Translations under genes and position numbers: made by a program
The notes under the pieces: generated by a model
What the model was told of the DNA's origin: nothing
The model's input: only the letters and a program-made list of their open reading frames with translations
Database searches by the model: none
In this document: piece by piece, positions 8,686-17,217 of the stretch
Layout: each line of letters begins with the position of its first letter
Numbering within the stretch: position 1 is the stretch's first letter
Source of the DNA: a virus
Virus record (IMG/VR): IMGVR_UViG_3300045284_000065
Span: 27,555-91,554 of that record
Length of the DNA stretch: 64,000 bases
Reading direction: 5' to 3' (one strand)

Positions 8686-9042
8686 TCAGCCGGGTTGCCA
8701 GGACGAGGCCATCCCCTGCTGGAACATGCCGTTGAACCCACAGTCGAAGCAGTGCGGAGCAGGAGGGGGGCCACGTCGGACACCCTCCCCCGACCTGCTG
8801 TAGTAGCGGGTGCTCCCGCACTCCGGGCACGGATCGGGGTCGATCTTGTGGGCCTTGCCACCGTGCCAGGTGGTCATGGCCCCCCACAGGTTGTCGATCG
8901 TCACCTTGGGCGGGGCCTGCTGGACCTGGGGCTGCATCTGCTGCTGGGGGATGTACCCAGGCGGTGGCCGCATCTGCTGGGGCTGGGGCTGCTGACGCTG
9001 CCCGCCGAACTTGCGGGCGTACCACCCGGAGGAGTCGCTCAT
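8686..9042 (-). CDS. Zn-ribbon hypothetical protein with a Q/P-rich N-terminus
   Basis: CPECGS...HCFDCG; ATGA overlap with the upstream gene. Confidence 0.7.
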   Translation of the reverse strand: MSDSSGWYARKFGGQRQQPQPQQMRPPPGYIPQQQMQPQVQQAPPKVTIDNLWGAMTTWHGGKAHKIDPDPCPECGSTRYYSRSGEGVRRGPPPAPHCFDCGFNGMFQQGMASSWQPG

Positions 9043-9236
9043 GCCAGAGCAGTGGCGACTGCAGCGAGCGCCATGGCATCGGAGAGGAAGGTCAGCATCG
9101 CTCCCGACACGCGCTCTTGCAGATCCTGCAGACTCAGGTCTGCAGGATTGAGCGCCGTCGAGATGATCGAGCGGGCGTAGTCGTCGGCCAGGCCGATGAT
9201 CTGATCAGCCACGGCCACTTGCACCTGTGCTGGCAT
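9039..9236 (-). CDS. Hypothetical protein
   Basis: Fills the gap between the polymerase and the Zn-ribbon gene and overlaps the start of the latter. Confidence 0.55.
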   Translation of the reverse strand: MPAQVQVAVADQIIGLADDYARSIISTALNPADLSLQDLQERVSGAMLTFLSDAMALAAVATALA

Positions 9237-9251
9237 GGTGTGGATAGTAAC

Positions 9252-11243
9252 TCACTTCTTCTTCGCTGCCGCCCAGGAGTACCCGATCTTGGAAGACACG
9301 ATAAGCGGGATCTCCCCGAGGATGGGGGACCCGGAGAGGTCGGTGACGCCAGTCATGGTGTCGGACACCAGCGCGAGCACCTCTTCAGCGTAGGCCTCCT
9401 CGCAGCGCACGATGATCTCGTCGTGGACCTGAAGCACCATCTGCGCTGGATATGCCGATATGCGTTGGTACAGGTTGAGCATGGCGATCTTCGTGATGTA
9501 GCTGGCGAAGCCCTGGACCAAGGCGTTGATGGCCTGGCGCTCGGCCCGCCAGCGCATCCACTCCTCCTCCTTGTGGTACTTCATCAGGTCCGGGAGACGA
9601 CGGAGCCTGCCGATGGGAGGGATGATGATCGTCGGCGGGTCAGTCGAGGGGCTGGCCGGGTCGCACCGGTCCCGGGCCTCGGCCAGCACCCGCTTCTTCC
9701 AGGGTTCAAGCCCGCCGAACATCTCGTAGTAACCATCGATGAGCTTCTGCGCCCGACGCTTGGAGCACTTGGCTACGTATGCAATCTTGTTCACCCCAGC
9801 GCCGTAGATGATGGCGAAGTTCTGCGTCTTGCCGACCGCCCGCTGCTCCTCGGTGACCTTGTCGAGGGGGATGTTCCACATGGCTGCCGCCGCCTGGCGG
9901 TGGACATCGTCACCACGCTTGAACACGGTCAGCATGTTGGGGTCGCCCGACTCGTAGCCAGCACACCGCAACTCCACCTGGTCGTAGTCGGCCACGATGA
10001 GGACGTGGCCTGGCCCAGCGATGAACAGTTCACGAATGACCGAGGACTTGGGGATCTGGTGGAGGTTGGGCTTCTCCGCTGAGAACCTGCCGGTGACGGT
10101 GCCGTGCTGCTTGAAGCTGGTGTGCAGCCGGGGTAGGCCGGAGTCGCGCTTGCTCAGGTACTTGTCGAAGCCAACGACGAAGGTGCCGCGCAGCTTCTCG
10201 TAGGCCGACCACTCCAGGAACAGGCGGGCTACCTCGTTGCTGCTGGCGTAGCGCTCCAGGAGCGCCTTGTTCAGCTGGGCGGCGTCGGTCTTGGCCGTGC
10301 GGTTGAGGGGGGTGAGGCCCTGGGGCTTCAGTGGGTGGCCGCTGGTGCCGACTGGTATCTCCTTGCCCTTCTCCACCTCACCGAACAGCACGTAGCGCTT
10401 GACCGAGAGGTTCGACATCGGGATCTCGTCCCCGACCAACTGGCCCACGTCCTTCTCGATCTGAGCGATGGAGGTGGTCAACTCCTCGCCCACCTTCTCC
10501 ATCGCTGACAGGTCGATGGGGAACCCGGCCGACTCCATGTCCATGAGCACCGGATACATGCTCATCTCGAAGTCGTAGACGGCCTTCAGTCCCCGCTTGA
10601 TGAGCTTGGGCCACAGCCTCTTGTAGAGGTACCGGGTGTAGACGAGGTCCTTGTTGAGGTACGAGGCGATCTCGTCCAGCCCGAAGTTCTCGACGCCCTT
10701 GGTCCCGAGCGAGGGGTACCACTTCTTGCGGTCGGCCGGTCGGAACCAGTCGATCGACAACTCCTTCAACCCGTACATGGGGAGTGACTCATCGATGACG
10801 TGCTGCAGGACGAGGGTGTCGTGGTAGGGGCCGGGTGGGATCCGACCGCCGAAGTACTTGGCGATGGTCTGCAGGTCGAACTTCAGATGGTGGTTGAGCT
10901 TGGCCCGGTCGCTGAACAGCAGCGGTTCGATCAACTCGGCCACCTGGTAGGGGTACAGCTGGCGCGGCGGCGGGGCGTAGGTCGCTGGCACCAGGTGCTC
11001 CACCATCCGCATCGACGGCTTGCCGGTAGGAGTCAGGCCGCGCTCGTCGCTCCAGAGCAACGAGGCTGGCGTCTTCTCCTTCTTCTGCACCGTGAGCCGG
11101 TGCCCCTTGGGGTGGCCGCAGGGGATCAGGAAGGTGTGGGCCGTGCAACCGAGGCCGCACCACAGCATCTCGTTGGTCTGCGTGTCGAGTCCGTTCGTCT
11201 CCAGGTCGATGACGAACGTGTCCTCACGGAGAAGCAGGTCCAC
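9252..11243 (-). CDS. polA: Family A DNA polymerase (3'-5' exonuclease plus polymerase)
   Basis: ExoI IDLETNG, HHLKFD, TGRFSAEKPNLHQIP, motif A ADYDQVELR, motif B RAVGKTQNFAIIYG, motif C LQVHDE. Confidence 0.95.
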   Translation of the reverse strand: MDLLLREDTFVIDLETNGLDTQTNEMLWCGLGCTAHTFLIPCGHPKGHRLTVQKKEKTPASLLWSDERGLTPTGKPSMRMVEHLVPATYAPPPRQLYPYQVAELIEPLLFSDRAKLNHHLKFDLQTIAKYFGGRIPPGPYHDTLVLQHVIDESLPMYGLKELSIDWFRPADRKKWYPSLGTKGVENFGLDEIASYLNKDLVYTRYLYKRLWPKLIKRGLKAVYDFEMSMYPVLMDMESAGFPIDLSAMEKVGEELTTSIAQIEKDVGQLVGDEIPMSNLSVKRYVLFGEVEKGKEIPVGTSGHPLKPQGLTPLNRTAKTDAAQLNKALLERYASSNEVARLFLEWSAYEKLRGTFVVGFDKYLSKRDSGLPRLHTSFKQHGTVTGRFSAEKPNLHQIPKSSVIRELFIAGPGHVLIVADYDQVELRCAGYESGDPNMLTVFKRGDDVHRQAAAAMWNIPLDKVTEEQRAVGKTQNFAIIYGAGVNKIAYVAKCSKRRAQKLIDGYYEMFGGLEPWKKRVLAEARDRCDPASPSTDPPTIIIPPIGRLRRLPDLMKYHKEEEWMRWRAERQAINALVQGFASYITKIAMLNLYQRISAYPAQMVLQVHDEIIVRCEEAYAEEVLALVSDTMTGVTDLSGSPILGEIPLIVSSKIGYSWAAAKKK

Positions 11244-11286
11244 GGCCCCCCGTACCTGCTCCCCCGTGAGGAGGACTCGCGGGTGC

Positions 11287-12006
11287 CTACTCGTAGTCGT
11301 CCGTCATCTCGTCCGCGATCTCGCGCAACTCCTTGGGGAGAGGAATCTGCAGGATCTCGGGGTCGTACAGGTGGAACTGCTTCAACCGATCCTCGTCGGG
11401 GATCGGCGTGTCGTAGTCCTCGGTCAGCGCCGTGCGCTTGATGGGGCTGACGTTGTACTGGGTCGACGCCTTCTGGCCCGTCTTGCTCACCAGGAAGAAG
11501 CCCTTGGTCAGCGGCCCGATCTTCGGGTCGTTGGCGTAGGACTTCAGCACCTGGAACAGGCGAGCACCCACGTCCCAGGACTTCAACGACACGTCGCCGT
11601 TGGGGTCGAGGACGAAGACGTTGAAGGCCGACACGGCCTGGGGACGCACGCCCACCTCGCACAGCGGGCAGTCCTTGCCCACCGACTGCAGGCACACGTA
11701 GGAGCGGGTCTGCTTGCCGTCCTTGGTCTGGCGGTCGACCCAGTGGCGGCGGTACCCCACGTAGGGACCCTCCTCCGCGAAGGCGATGATCTGGCTGCGC
11801 TCCTCGGGACGGAAGCCCTGCGCCCATGAGGACGTGGAGTCCATCACCTCCTGGGAGCCACCCCAGCCGCCGCGTGGCGCGCTGCCTCCGTTGGTGGAGG
11901 GAGGGCGGGGAGCCGAACGGTCCTTGCTACGCGGCGGCGGCGAATCGTTCTCGCCGTCTTCGTCGGGCGGCTCCGCGGCAGGAGGTGCTGGTCGCTTGCT
12001 TGGCAT
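11287..12006 (-). CDS. Single-stranded DNA-binding protein (gp32-like)
   Basis: HW...YVC....DCPLC Zn motif, acidic C-terminus (EMTDDYE), adjacent to the polymerase. Confidence 0.7.
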   Translation of the reverse strand: MPSKRPAPPAAEPPDEDGENDSPPPRSKDRSAPRPPSTNGGSAPRGGWGGSQEVMDSTSSWAQGFRPEERSQIIAFAEEGPYVGYRRHWVDRQTKDGKQTRSYVCLQSVGKDCPLCEVGVRPQAVSAFNVFVLDPNGDVSLKSWDVGARLFQVLKSYANDPKIGPLTKGFFLVSKTGQKASTQYNVSPIKRTALTEDYDTPIPDEDRLKQFHLYDPEILQIPLPKELREIADEMTDDYE

Positions 12007-12025
12007 GTGAACCTCGATTTCGGTG

Positions 12026-12469
12026 TCAGTGATCGGCTTGAAGCGCTGCGAACGCTTTGCCTACATCCAGTGCGAACGAGCGGGTCGGTGGTTGCCGGTT
12101 GAGGATCACCTTGTGCTTGTCAGCAAGCGAAAGGATACATTCGATCTGCTCCCGTGTCCACAACCGACGCCCCTTCGTGGGGTGCTTCGCACCCGGCTTG
12201 GCGTTGGTCGGCTGGGACCGGTAGGGGGAGCGGGGCAGCAGGCCCTGCGTCTCCCACAGGCGGATCGAGTTCTGGCTGTAGCCGATGGCCTTGGCGAGCG
12301 CCGAGATGGGGAAGAACTGGACGACCTTGCCGTTGACGACGCCATCGGTCGGGCGTGCATCCCATATCGGCTTATCAGGAGGGGGACCCTCCTTCTTGTC
12401 TCGGTTGACCGGCTTGCGTCGGCCGGGGTAGTCCAGGTCACCGAAGAGTCGATCGACCGAGTCACTCAC
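12026..12469 (-). CDS. MerR-like helix-turn-helix DNA-binding protein
   Basis: ISALAKAIGYSQNSIRLWETQGLLP...RRLWTREQIE; probable GTG start at 12469. Confidence 0.78.
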   Translation of the reverse strand: MSDSVDRLFGDLDYPGRRKPVNRDKKEGPPPDKPIWDARPTDGVVNGKVVQFFPISALAKAIGYSQNSIRLWETQGLLPRSPYRSQPTNAKPGAKHPTKGRRLWTREQIECILSLADKHKVILNRQPPTRSFALDVGKAFAALQADH

Positions 12470-12899
12470 CCTGCAGATGGTCCAGCATCTCTTGAGTGGC
12501 CTCACGCCACTGCACCAGGGGGGTGACGGCCCACACCGGCATCTGCCCACCGGGGTACAAGGTCTGCACCACCGACTGGAAGATGGCATCGACACTCATG
12601 CCTCGGTCGACGGCTGCGCGCGGTGGCCGACCGATCCGACCCGGCACCTTGGGTGTCGTGGACTGGTTCTTCCGGTAGGCCGGGACGACACCGTGCATCT
12701 GAGAACGGTGACGGGCCTGAGCGTTGGCCGACTTGAAGTCGTCGCGGCCACACTCGGGGCACGCCTCGGCAGGGATGTGGGACATGACGTGCCCGGACAG
12801 GGCCTGGGCGTTGGGGTACACCTTGCTGCACTCCGGGCAGACGAAGGTGCTGTCGGGGATCAGGTCGGGATCTTCTCGGATCATGTCTTCGGCCATCAT
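12462..12899 (-). CDS. Protein with two tandem C2H2 zinc fingers
   Basis: FVCPECSKVYPNAQALSGHVMSH (C-x2-C-x3-Y-x5-L-x2-H-x3-H) and CPECGRDDFKSANAQARHRSQMH. Confidence 0.8.
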   Translation of the reverse strand: MMAEDMIREDPDLIPDSTFVCPECSKVYPNAQALSGHVMSHIPAEACPECGRDDFKSANAQARHRSQMHGVVPAYRKNQSTTPKVPGRIGRPPRAAVDRGMSVDAIFQSVVQTLYPGGQMPVWAVTPLVQWREATQEMLDHLQGE

Positions 12900-13240
12900 C
12901 AGCGGCGCGCCTTCGCAGCGAGGATGCGCTCGGTCAGCAGCATGATGCGGAACTCGTCGCGCGTCGGGCGGCTGCCCTTGGGGTACTGGTAGTTCGGGGG
13001 ACGGAAGTAGTGGCGTGCCAGCAACGTCCCGAAGGTGTTGATGGTGTCTCGCCGCTCCATCCCGCACCGCTCGCAGCGCAGGGTCAGGGGGACGCCGAAC
13101 TGAGGGGTCCAGGTGCTGTCGTAGTCGAACCAGGAGTGGCCCAACGTGTTGCAGCGGAGGTAGCCCTGGCGCTCATGGTCGACAGTGCTCTGGTAGCCCT
13201 CCCCTAGGAGGGCTTCCAGGTCAGAGATCGTCTCGGTCAC
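12899..13240 (-). CDS. Zn-binding hypothetical protein
   Basis: CNTLGHSW...RCERCG motif. Confidence 0.7.
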   Translation of the reverse strand: MTETISDLEALLGEGYQSTVDHERQGYLRCNTLGHSWFDYDSTWTPQFGVPLTLRCERCGMERRDTINTFGTLLARHYFRPPNYQYPKGSRPTRDEFRIMLLTERILAAKARR

Positions 13241-13245
13241 AATGT

Positions 13246-13300
13246 GTTACCTCGGTGTGTAGTGGTCACGGTGGAGTGTGACACTACACACGTTAGTAAC
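13246..13300. promoter_or_regulatory. Intergenic inverted repeat overlapping a candidate promoter (putative operator)
   Basis: gtgtgtagt-g-gtcac [8 nt] gtgac-actacacac with outer gttac/gtaac. On the minus strand TTGCCG-18-TAGTGT overlaps one arm. Confidence 0.6.
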
Positions 13301-13533
13301 TAGACGGCAACCAAGTCCTTCTCCCAAGCGTCGAGCGCAGTCTCCAGGGCGCGCTCAACCAGGAGGGTCTTGGAGACGACGCGGCGATCCGCTTCGCGGT
13401 CCAAACGAGCCAGCAGTTCGTCAGACAGACGGAACTGTGCTTGGGTCCGGGGGTTGACCACAGTCTTTGGACGTGGCATGGGGTTTCCTCCCTTCTTGGT
13501 GGGGGTGGTGGTAGTGGGCTTGCGGCTAGGCAT
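13300..13533 (-). CDS. Ribbon-helix-helix (CopG/Arc-like) DNA-binding protein
   Basis: RTQAQFRLSDELLARLDREADRRVVSKTLLVERAL. Confidence 0.8.
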   Translation of the reverse strand: MPSRKPTTTTPTKKGGNPMPRPKTVVNPRTQAQFRLSDELLARLDREADRRVVSKTLLVERALETALDAWEKDLVAV

Positions 13534-14011
13534 CGTCGTCCTCCTTGTCAGCGTCGATGATGAAGAAAGCGAAGTTCTCGCTCTCCTCGTAAAGGGCCTG
13601 CAGTTCTGCGTCGGTGAGCTTGCCCTCGAAAGCAGCAGCGAGGAGGGCGTCCTCGTCCAGCACCACCTCGGTGCGCGTGCACTGTTCCAACAGCTTCTTG
13701 CGCTTCAACAGGGCCATGGCTGCTGCTTCGTTGAGCCGCTGGCTGGTGCGTCGAACACGGCGGATGGCCCCGACCTCGCGGCCCTTGGCCTTGCCGCCCT
13801 TGTACTCGGCGTAGGGGATCGGCTCCATCAACCTGATGATCCGATGCCCACCCTCCTGTAGCTCACCGACACGCTCCAACGTGTCCATGAGCGACTCCTT
13901 GTCCTTCTTCTCGCGGTACTCCGAGCGCTCGCGCATCGACCGGTTCTGCAGGTAGTCCTGCACCACCAGTTCGAGTTGGAGCGTTGAAGGCTTCGGTCGC
14001 TTTGTCGGCAT
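13526..14011 (-). CDS. Conserved phage hypothetical protein
   Basis: ATG at 14011 lies just after a -10 box; good coding composition; stop overlaps the RHH gene. Confidence 0.7.
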   Translation of the reverse strand: MPTKRPKPSTLQLELVVQDYLQNRSMRERSEYREKKDKESLMDTLERVGELQEGGHRIIRLMEPIPYAEYKGGKAKGREVGAIRRVRRTSQRLNEAAAMALLKRKKLLEQCTRTEVVLDEDALLAAAFEGKLTDAELQALYEESENFAFFIIDADKEDDDA

Positions 14012-14017
14012 ACCACC

Positions 14018-14046
14018 AGTGTAGGGCACAGGTGGGCACTTATCAA
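14018..14046 (-). promoter_or_regulatory. SigA-type promoter, probably leaderless
   Basis: TTGATA-17 nt-TACACT, 6 nt before the ATG at 14011. Confidence 0.7.
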
Positions 14047-15596
14047 CTCGGGCCGTCTAGGAACTCCCGCAGTGACTGGAGGTCCAGTTTCAGGACCCCG
14101 CCCTTGTCGAACTCGCCGTCCACGAAGGCGCGCGCCACCTTGGCCTTCTGCTGGAGCATCTCGTACATGCGCTGCTCGATCGTCTGGTGGCCGTACATGT
14201 AGACGATGCGGATCTGCTTGAAGGCTGAGTCGGTGCGGTCGATGCGGGCCACGCGCTGGGCCAGAGCACCGGCCGACCACGGGAGGTCGTAGCTGATGAG
14301 GTGGCTCCCCTTGCCGAGGCTGATGCCGTAGGCCCCGGCGTCGGAGGACAGGAAGACCTTGCACGCCGGGTCGTTGTTGAACCGTTCGATGCGGCGGTCC
14401 CTCTCCTGGGCCGAGGTGATGTCACCGGTCAGGGTGGTGAAGGGGATCTTCAGCTTCAAGAAGGCCTGGCCGATCATGGCGATCATCGGCTTGAAGAAGG
14501 AGAAGATCACCACCTTGTGGTCGGGGGCTTCGTTGAGGATCTCGACCGCCGTCTCCACCAGGGCGTCCAGCTTGGCGTTCTCCAAGGGCAGGGCGTCGAG
14601 GAGGCCCGCCTCCTTCATCTCGGCGGCGTACTGCGACCCGGCCTTGGTCAGGGGAGAGTCGAAGTCGTCGGCCGACGCGCGCAGCAGGCGAGGGTGGGAC
14701 GACAGCATCCGCATGGCGAGCAGGCGGGACATCACCGCACCCAGGGCAGCGCTCGTCTCGGTGGGGGCGTGGCCGTAGTGAGCGGTGACATCGAAGTACC
14801 CGCCGATGCCAGCGGCGATGGCCTTGTCGAGAGCGTCGCTCAGGTCACGGCGCACGATGTCGTGGAGGCGCATGGTGATCTTGTCGAGGACGACCGGCAT
14901 CTCCACGTCGATCTTCTCGGGCAGCCACTCAGCGATGTCCTCCCGGCTCTTGCGGAACATCGCTGGGCCGAGGCGGTTCTGGATCAGGTGGAGGTTGCGG
15001 TAGCGCAGGGGCCTCCCCCAGCCATCGCGCACGATGAACGTGCGATCGAAGAGGCCGAAGCGACCGAGCACCTCGGGGTCAACGAACTCCATGATGCTGA
15101 ACAGTTCCTCGGGCCGGTTCTCCACAGGTTGTCCCGAGAGTCCGAGACGCACCTGTGCATGACGAGCGAGGAGCTTGGCCCGCTTGGAAGTCTTGGTGTT
15201 GAACCCCTTCAGTGCTGATACCTCGTCCGCGATGATGAAGTCGACCGGCAGCATCGCCTTGATCTCCTCCCAGTCATGCACAAGGCACTGGTAGTGGAGG
15301 ATCGTGTAGTTGAACAGGTGCGCGCGTCGATATCCCGATATCCGATGGCGCTTGTCACCCTCGATCACCTGGACGCTTGCTCGGGGGTCGACCTTGGCGA
15401 TCTCCCGGACCCACTGGTACTTCGTGGACTTGAGCGCGAACACTGCACCATTGGTGACGACGCGGCGCTGACGCAGGCGACGGACAGCGGCAGCCGAGGT
15501 GACCGTCTTGCCGCTGCCCATCACCATTGCCAGGAGCAGACTGTGCCGCTCCAGGATTCGCTCTACCCCGTCGATCTGGTAGGGGCGTAGCTCCAT
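14043..15596 (-). CDS. SNF2-family (SF2) helicase
   Basis: LRPYQ, MGSGKT, IADEVS, LSGQPVENRPEEL, VVIFS, YDLPWS...QRVARIDR. Confidence 0.92.
   Translation of the reverse strand: MELRPYQIDGVERILERHSLLLAMVMGSGKTVTSAAAVRRLRQRRVVTNGAVFALKSTKYQWVREIAKVDPRASVQVIEGDKRHRISGYRRAHLFNYTILHYQCLVHDWEEIKAMLPVDFIIADEVSALKGFNTKTSKRAKLLARHAQVRLGLSGQPVENRPEELFSIMEFVDPEVLGRFGLFDRTFIVRDGWGRPLRYRNLHLIQNRLGPAMFRKSREDIAEWLPEKIDVEMPVVLDKITMRLHDIVRRDLSDALDKAIAAGIGGYFDVTAHYGHAPTETSAALGAVMSRLLAMRMLSSHPRLLRASADDFDSPLTKAGSQYAAEMKEAGLLDALPLENAKLDALVETAVEILNEAPDHKVVIFSFFKPMIAMIGQAFLKLKIPFTTLTGDITSAQERDRRIERFNNDPACKVFLSSDAGAYGISLGKGSHLISYDLPWSAGALAQRVARIDRTDSAFKQIRIVYMYGHQTIEQRMYEMLQQKAKVARAFVDGEFDKGGVLKLDLQSLREFLDGPS
15330..15341. 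promoter_or_regulatory. ATATC-NN-GATAT palindrome (perfect copy)
   Basis: ATATCCCGATAT inside the SNF2 helicase gene. Confidence 0.6.
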
Positions 15597-15600
15597 CGCT

Positions 15601-15861
15601 CTAGCCTGCCCGACGCTGGCCGACCTTCTTGGCGGGGACCCGCTTGGCCGGGGTGACCACAGGCTCGGGCTTGACGTGAGCTACGCCGTTGATGGACTTG
15701 GCGTTGGTGTGCTTCCGCACCGCCTCCCGCAGGACCGAGTCGTCGTAGGGGGCGTGAACATCGATGGTGCGGCCGTCGTCCAGGAGGAAGCGGTGGATGA
15801 CCCACTCGTAGACCGCTGTGTACGTGCCGTCGTCGTTCTGCTCCAACTTGGTGATGACCAT
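15601..15861 (-). CDS. Hypothetical protein
   Basis: Tightly packed in the operon. Confidence 0.6.
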   Translation of the reverse strand: MVITKLEQNDDGTYTAVYEWVIHRFLLDDGRTIDVHAPYDDSVLREAVRKHTNAKSINGVAHVKPEPVVTPAKRVPAKKVGQRRAG

Positions 15862-15865
15862 TGTG

Positions 15866-16285
15866 TCACTCTACTGGGCGGTAGATAAGCGAGCGCCACA
15901 CAGGACCGTGAGCGCAGTGCCCCTTGGCCCGAGGACGTGTCTCGCCTGTCCTCACGATGTATCCCTGGCGAGCAAGGCTAAGAACGACTGGCCCAAGTGC
16001 GCGTGGCTGGCGTGGCTCCTCCAGACCTTGGTCCCATAACTCATCGGTGAACATCTCCGGGTGGCGCTGGAGGTAGTGGATCAGGAAGTCCCGGGCATAT
16101 GCCTTCCACTCATCATCAGCATGAGCCTCGACCCGGGCCATCCCGATGTCGCGACCGAGGGCTGCATCATTCAGGTGTCGCTGCCGACGACAGAAGGTGC
16201 AGTCCACCCAGCGGTATCGAGCGATGCCGTCGACATCAATGCGTCGAAGCCGCCGTCTCCCCGTCCCGCCGCAGACGCAACTCAC
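15866..16285 (-). CDS. Hypothetical protein (N-terminal CxC...CxxC, C-terminal winged-helix-like)
   Basis: ATGA overlap with the primase stop; RALGPVVLSLARQGYI pattern. Confidence 0.6.
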   Translation of the reverse strand: MSCVCGGTGRRRLRRIDVDGIARYRWVDCTFCRRQRHLNDAALGRDIGMARVEAHADDEWKAYARDFLIHYLQRHPEMFTDELWDQGLEEPRQPRALGPVVLSLARQGYIVRTGETRPRAKGHCAHGPVWRSLIYRPVE

Positions 16286-17217
16286 ATCCCGAGTCTACGT
16301 GTACTGGCCCATGACGCCAGCAATAACTCATCGTCGGCAACATCGCCTACGTCCTTCGCTGCAGCACCATCCTCATCAACCAGGCCGTCGTAGCGCCAGG
16401 GGACCACAGCGCAGCCGCCGCGGCGCAGCATCGGAGCCAGAATCTCGGCTCCGTCGTGACCGGCCTTGTCGTTGTCGAGGGCCAGGTAGACGGTGGAGAA
16501 GGCCAGAGCGAGAAGACGCGCCTGGTCCTTCGACACCCAGGCTCCAAGTGCAGCGACGGCTGGGATGCCCAGCCCGAAGAGACGCACCGCATCGAGGGGT
16601 GATTCAACGAGTACTGCCTGGTCATGGCTCTCGATGAGAGAGTAACCGAACAGAGTCGTGGACTTGGGGACCCCCTCGGGGAGGGTTAACACACTGCCCG
16701 CCTGTCGGTACTGGGCACCGAGCAACTCACCGTCCGGTGTCCTGATGGGCAGGATCACCTGCTTGGTGTCGGGTGAGTACCTCACTCCATATGCGTCTAT
16801 GGCTTCTCGTCGTAGAAACCGACGCTCCAGGAACCTCCGGGGCACGTCCTTGAAGACGTTGAAGAGGGTGAAGTCGGTCAGCCGGTGGAGGAGGGGGGCC
16901 ACCACCTTGATCGGATCGGCGCGGGCCTCGTCCCAGCGGCGCACCAGCGACTGGTGCTTGAGATCCATCTCCAGGTCCTCGGGGGCATATCCCAATATGT
17001 CAGTGTGCAGGCCGGTGAGGGTGCCCGAGTAGCCGCAGGCGAAGCAGTGGTGCAGGAACGTGTGCTTGTTGATCGACCAGGAGGGGTGAACGTCTGGCTT
17101 GCCCGTGCGTTCCTCATGCATCGGGCACGCGCCCGATATCTCCTTCGTCCCATCGCGTAGGCGTTGGACTCCCAGGTCTTCCAGGACTTGGAACAGGTCA
17201 ATATCAGTTGAGTTCAT
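16282..17217 (-). CDS. DNA primase (CHC2 zinc finger plus TOPRIM)
   Basis: CPMH...HCFACG; LVESPLD; LALDNDKAG; KDVGD. Confidence 0.9.
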   Translation of the reverse strand: MNSTDIDLFQVLEDLGVQRLRDGTKEISGACPMHEERTGKPDVHPSWSINKHTFLHHCFACGYSGTLTGLHTDILGYAPEDLEMDLKHQSLVRRWDEARADPIKVVAPLLHRLTDFTLFNVFKDVPRRFLERRFLRREAIDAYGVRYSPDTKQVILPIRTPDGELLGAQYRQAGSVLTLPEGVPKSTTLFGYSLIESHDQAVLVESPLDAVRLFGLGIPAVAALGAWVSKDQARLLALAFSTVYLALDNDKAGHDGAEILAPMLRRGGCAVVPWRYDGLVDEDGAAAKDVGDVADDELLLASWASTRRLGM

